Virus record (IMG/VR): IMGVR_UViG_3300017757_000001
DNA length: 64,000 nucleotides
Direction: 5' to 3' (one strand)
DNA from: a virus
In this document: positions 60,100-64,000 of the stretch, one piece after another
Layout of the letters: every line of letters begins with the position of its first letter
How positions within the stretch are numbered: the first letter of the stretch is position 1
Notes under the pieces: generated by a model
Databases searched by the model: none
What the model was told of the DNA's origin: nothing
What the model saw: only the letters and a program-made list of their open reading frames with translations
Translations under genes and position numbers: made by a program

Positions 60100-60440
60100 T
60101 ACTCTTCTTTATTATTTTGTAATTTTTCCATTTCTTCAAGAAGTTGATTTTTTTCTTCATCACTAATTCCAAACCCACCATCTTCATCTACATTTTGAAG
60201 AGCACGTTGAACTATTGTTGCCATTTTAATAAGTTGTTCATCATTTTTGACACCAATTTCCATATACTCCTTAATAAGAGGTACAATAAGTGTTGCATCT
60301 CCTATTTCTTGAACTAATGGTTTTAATTCTGAAATTAAAGTAGTAACTTGGTTTTGTTTTGTTTTTTGATTAGTGTAGATTTCTTCAAGTATATCCGAAA
60401 ATTTTTTCTTACCAAAAACTATTGAATCTAATTGTCCCAT
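60099..60440 (-). CDS. Hypothetical helical protein
   Basis: ORF with late motif at 60449-60457. Confidence 0.55.
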   Translation of the reverse strand: MGQLDSIVFGKKKFSDILEEIYTNQKTKQNQVTTLISELKPLVQEIGDATLIVPLIKEYMEIGVKNDEQLIKMATIVQRALQNVDEDGGFGISDEEKNQLLEEMEKLQNNKEE

Positions 60441-60479
60441 ATTTTATTTATAAATATACATAAATAAAAAGACTAGGAT

Positions 60480-61295
60480 TTACTTTTTAGGAAAATAACC
60501 ATATTCTAAATAAAACATATATTTTTCTTTAAAAATACCATGTAATACATTAGCTATTTTTGTAATTTTAGGAGTTTTTACATCAACCATTTCACGAATG
60601 TAAATATATAATGCTTTTTTATTAAAAACATCTATATTTTGTCTTTTTCTAAATAATTCTAAGATACAATCTGCTATTTTAGCATCATATTCTTTAGGAA
60701 ATAATTCAAATATATTATCTGTTACATATTCAACATATTCATCTATAAATATTGATAATTTATCTTCATATTTATAACCTTGCATTGCTAAATCATCACC
60801 CTCAAATTCCTCAGCTTTAAATTTATTAATTCCTTCTTCCATTTTAGAAGATCTAATAAAATTAGGATCATCTGAATCTTGGTTTCCATAATTATTAATA
60901 TCTGTTACTTGAACATTATTAATTTTTTTAGTATAATTTTTTTGATTATAAACTATTAACCATCTTTTTACTATGGTACCAAAATAAGAATAAGCTTTAG
61001 CTCCATTTTCTGGGTTAAATAGATGAATTTTTGATAAAAGAAATACCATAATTTCATGTTGTAAATCTTCTAAATTTTCAACTCCATCTGTATAATAAAA
61101 TTTAAATGTATGAATTATATTTTGAGTCAATTTATAAAAGGCATAATGGACTTCTTTTTGGTATATATCACTACGTTGCTCAGCCTCTAATTTTGGATCA
61201 AGGTTATTATATCTAACAATAGCTGCCTCAGTATCTTTTGTAAAATAGTTTCTTTTTTGCCTTTTTTTCTTGGCATTTCTAATAACCGAATCCAT
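60480..61295 (-). CDS. Phage sigma factor, T4 gp55-like
   Basis: NYF..., KLTQNII..F, EDL..E, FNPENGAKAYSYFGTI (gp55 region-2-like). Confidence 0.75.
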   Translation of the reverse strand: MDSVIRNAKKKRQKRNYFTKDTEAAIVRYNNLDPKLEAEQRSDIYQKEVHYAFYKLTQNIIHTFKFYYTDGVENLEDLQHEIMVFLLSKIHLFNPENGAKAYSYFGTIVKRWLIVYNQKNYTKKINNVQVTDINNYGNQDSDDPNFIRSSKMEEGINKFKAEEFEGDDLAMQGYKYEDKLSIFIDEYVEYVTDNIFELFPKEYDAKIADCILELFRKRQNIDVFNKKALYIYIREMVDVKTPKITKIANVLHGIFKEKYMFYLEYGYFPKK

Positions 61296-61573
61296 TATTT
61301 TATATTTTTAATATTAAACTCATTTAATATATCTTGTATGTTTTTAATGGTTTTAAAGAAATGTCCTACCTCATCATCCCCCTCAAAAGAACCTTTAATG
61401 TCTACTTTTTTAATTTTTTCATTTGAAATTTCTATTATTCTTGATATTCTATCTAAATATTGGAGATATCCTACTACAATATCTTCTTGTCTTTCATTTT
61501 TTCTTAATAGATTAATAGTCGTAAATCCTAAGACTACGACTATTATTGATAGTATTATTATTGTAATTATCAT
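61295..61573 (-). CDS. Small membrane protein
   Basis: N-terminal hydrophobic helix. Confidence 0.6.
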   Translation of the reverse strand: MIITIIILSIIVVVLGFTTINLLRKNERQEDIVVGYLQYLDRISRIIEISNEKIKKVDIKGSFEGDDEVGHFFKTIKNIQDILNEFNIKNIK

Positions 61574-62361
61574 AAATTATCTAACATATTTTTTAATCCT
61601 TGACTTTTAATATTTCCTAAAGCTTTAGATTTTGTTGAAGTACTTTTATTAGTACTTTTTGAATTTGACCCCAATGTAAAATTCTTTTTACTGGTATCCA
61701 AGTTATCTTTAGAAAACTTAGGTAACCATTCTTTTTCAAATTCAATTCTAGCTGCCATCATATCAGCTTGATGTAATATAAATGTTAATGATGTTCTTGG
61801 TTTTTGTTCAGGCATCCATCCTTTTAAATATTTATCATTTGCTGAATCATATAATCCATCATGAGTTTGAATTGCTACCATTTCATTAAAAGTATATTTA
61901 ATATCATATTGCTGTAATAACCACAATCCTCTATCAGGAACAGATGCAAAAGGAACTTTATTATTAAACATATAATCTTCTCCTAACTTATCTCTTCTCC
62001 ATTTATCTGTCTGGGGAATATATGAGTCTTGTTCTTCATCTCCCATTTTACCTAAATCATGGTTAATTGCTGAAAATACTAATTCTTCTTTTGTAAATGT
62101 AGACATATCACATCCTTCAGATTTCCAAAGATCAGATTGTTTAAGAGCACAACGAACTACTCTATTAACATGATCAATGTATCCTCCTGGAAATGCATTA
62201 TGATACTCTTTTTTATGAGCAGCAGGCATTAATATAAGACGATCTTCAAATTTTTTATAAAATGTAAGTAATTTTTCTTTTCTATCCCCTGAGATGTGTT
62301 CTTCAATGTTAGTTAAGAACATTTCCCAATTTGCTTGGATTATATCTGCGGTTAATTTCAT
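61570..62361 (-). CDS. HD-domain phosphohydrolase (YhaM-like)
   Basis: H-x-AFPGG..H, HDLGK, HDG, HQAD. Confidence 0.88.
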   Translation of the reverse strand: MKLTADIIQANWEMFLTNIEEHISGDRKEKLLTFYKKFEDRLILMPAAHKKEYHNAFPGGYIDHVNRVVRCALKQSDLWKSEGCDMSTFTKEELVFSAINHDLGKMGDEEQDSYIPQTDKWRRDKLGEDYMFNNKVPFASVPDRGLWLLQQYDIKYTFNEMVAIQTHDGLYDSANDKYLKGWMPEQKPRTSLTFILHQADMMAARIEFEKEWLPKFSKDNLDTSKKNFTLGSNSKSTNKSTSTKSKALGNIKSQGLKNMLDNL

Positions 62362-62379
62362 AACTTTTATTTTAAATTT

Positions 62380-62574
62380 TTAAACGTGTCTAAACACTTC
62401 ATCATCTTTTTCTAACATATTTTTGATGTATGCTAATGTTTCTTCTGCGTTTTTTATTCCATCCTGGAATTGTTGTGCTGTTCCTTGTCCTTTTGTAAGA
62501 AAAGTTAGTTGTTTAAGTTGACCTTCTAATTTTCGAACTTTTTGGTCAAGTAACTGTTTATTGCGTATTGCCAT
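62380..62574 (-). CDS. Hypothetical protein
   Basis: ORF downstream of an early-type promoter. Confidence 0.55.
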   Translation of the reverse strand: MAIRNKQLLDQKVRKLEGQLKQLTFLTKGQGTAQQFQDGIKNAEETLAYIKNMLEKDDEVFRHV

Positions 62575-62674
62575 TGTGTGTTATTTAATTAATATTAATG
62601 TTATTTCCCCTTATCCCCTTATATCTTAATCCCTTATTCCTCATTTCTCTTTATTTCCTTAACCCTGTATTTCC

Positions 62675-62704
62675 AAGATACCAAAGAAAAATGGTGTAAC
62701 CAAA
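62675..62704 (-). promoter_or_regulatory. Bipartite promoter TTTGG-N18-GTATCTT
   Basis: Same 18-nt spacer as the other copies. Confidence 0.7.
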
Positions 62705-62710
62705 TTAAGT

Positions 62711-63169
62711 TTAAAATTTTTTTGAGATTTCTAGAATTTTATTGAGTTGAGCACATTTTTCATACTCTTCAGTTTCAATAAAGAATGAAATACCTAATTC
62801 TAGAGAGGTTTGAAGATATTCATCAGTATAATATTGTATAGCATCAATATGTTCATCGATATTTATATCAATATTTTTTATATATGACCATGCTTTATTG
62901 TATGTAATGTGTTCACCAGCTTCTTTCACATCTTGTATGTCAAATTCACCGTTCATTTTACTAAACATTTGTAGTACTTTCTTATTAAAATTAATATGAT
63001 TTAATACTAATTTTTTATACATTCCTATAAAGTAAACAGGTGAGTCTTTTATATCTAATAAAGCAGCATTATCGTATTGTGATACATCACTATCATCATG
63101 GTTAGATGGAAAAAGTGGAAATATGTTTTCTATATTTATCATACATTTATACATATCCCCAACTTCCAT
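62711..63169 (-). CDS. Hypothetical protein with a C-terminal UVR-like motif
   Basis: ETEEYEKCAQL. Confidence 0.55.
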   Translation of the reverse strand: MEVGDMYKCMINIENIFPLFPSNHDDSDVSQYDNAALLDIKDSPVYFIGMYKKLVLNHINFNKKVLQMFSKMNGEFDIQDVKEAGEHITYNKAWSYIKNIDINIDEHIDAIQYYTDEYLQTSLELGISFFIETEEYEKCAQLNKILEISKKF

Positions 63170-63182
63170 ATTTTAACCTTTT

Positions 63183-63374
63183 TTAATGTTTTTTATCTTT
63201 ATTGTATTGTTTAATTACTTTTTCATATGCATAAGACCATTTATCTCTAACTTCTTTATATTTATGTTTGTCTTGACTTCTCATTTTTTTTAATTGAGCA
63301 TCAAATTCATTTTTTAACCCTTTAGATTCAATAGATTCTGTGATTTCATAAAAAAGATCTTCATACATTCCCAT
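63183..63374 (-). CDS. Hypothetical protein
   Basis: Coupled ORF. Confidence 0.5.
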   Translation of the reverse strand: MGMYEDLFYEITESIESKGLKNEFDAQLKKMRSQDKHKYKEVRDKWSYAYEKVIKQYNKDKKH

Positions 63375-63751
63375 CAGTAAATATTTTTAGTGGTGCTACT
63401 TTGTTCTGCTTTTTTTATTAATTCTAACATAGTTTTAAATTCTGTTGAATTTCTCCAACTATTTAAATACTTTTTAGTTGATTCTTCAACATTTAAATCA
63501 CCAGATGTAATTTTATTTGATAAATTAATTTGAGATTCACTTATTTCTGTTTTTAAATTATAAAGCTTTTTATTATAATTATGTTCAAATTTATCAAACT
63601 TTTGATTTACTTTATTGTGATCTAATTTATTGGCATTTTTTAATAATTCAACATTATATTCTAAATTATTAATAGTTTTAATATTTTTTCTAATAATATT
63701 TCCTAATAGAGCTATTATTAATAATGATGCAGATGATAAGATTATTCCCAT
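63374..63751 (-). CDS. Membrane-anchored coiled-coil protein
   Basis: N-terminal TM segment. Confidence 0.5.
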   Translation of the reverse strand: MGIILSSASLLIIALLGNIIRKNIKTINNLEYNVELLKNANKLDHNKVNQKFDKFEHNYNKKLYNLKTEISESQINLSNKITSGDLNVEESTKKYLNSWRNSTEFKTMLELIKKAEQSSTTKNIY

Positions 63752-63769
63752 AGTTAGTGTTTTATTTGT

Positions 63770-63799
63770 AATGTATAAAATAAATATGGGTAATCCAAG
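63770..63799 (-). promoter_or_regulatory. Variant bipartite promoter CTTGG-N18-ATACATT
   Basis: Same geometry as the other copies, upstream of 63751. Confidence 0.55.
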
Positions 63800-63805
63800 T
63801 TATGT

Positions 63806-64000
63806 TTATCTTAAAATAGTAAGATGTCCTGATTTTTGGTAAATTTCTGGGGAGTTAAATTTTCTAGCATAAAAACTGTAAACATAAACTCCATCTACTA
63901 CATAGGAGGGACCTCCTTGCATACTACCATCCCAATAAGGATATGAGCCATAATCATCACCATAACCCTCAAAAACTAAACCACCCCATCTATTATAGAT
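63806..64000 (-). CDS. 3' end of a protein with a T9SS type-B (gliding-motility-associated, CHU_C) C-terminal sorting domain
   Basis: IYNRWGGLVF...YWDG...DGVYVY...SGHLTILR*; not in the ORF track because it is truncated by the window edge. Confidence 0.85.
   Translation of the reverse strand: MYNRWGGLVFEGYGDDYGSYPYWDGSMQGGPSYVVDGVYVYSFYARKFNSPEIYQKSGHLTILR

Noticed and set aside
4068-63842. Short + strand ORFs and nested - strand ORFs in the track (e.g. 9504, 12795, 14273, 29178, 36721, 41464, 61257, 63630)
   Set aside because: Antisense or off-frame to well-supported genes, with no recognisable motifs
1-64000. Stop-codon reassignment, tRNAs, introns or inteins, DGR, integrase
   Set aside because: Genes tile densely in the standard code; terminase, portal and primase look uninterrupted; no cloverleaf, reverse transcriptase or recombinase seen by eye

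Overview
Very AT-rich 64 kb segment of a large T4-like tailed (myovirus-type) phage genome, with essentially every real gene on the - strand. In transcription order (high to low coordinates) it holds: early/regulatory genes (HD hydrolase, gp55-like sigma); a baseplate module (gp5-, gp25-, gp6-, gp7-like plus large accessory structural proteins); a Seg-like nuclease, primase and exonuclease; a long block of probable capsid-internal proteins and enzymes; a small metabolic operon; terminase, portal, prohead protease, scaffold and major capsid protein; a 3-gene pentein/PSD-like/PhoH operon; neck/tail-terminator genes; and a giant collagen-like fibre gene that runs off the window and is missing from the ORF track. 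The host is probably Bacteroidota (Flavobacteria-like): a T9SS type-B sorting domain, TTTG-N20-TAnnTT promoters, A-rich leaders without obvious Shine-Dalgarno sequences, and a signal peptide followed by Gln. Best candidates for undescribed systems: (1) an ArgZ-type arginine dihydrolase paired with a soluble PSD-fold pyruvoyl decarboxylase carrying an acidic motif, a possible new arginine-to-putrescine route; (2) a 965-aa six-domain enzyme polyprotein whose linkers carry prohead-protease-type I/L-x-E sites. All family calls come from motif recognition by eye; no searches were run.
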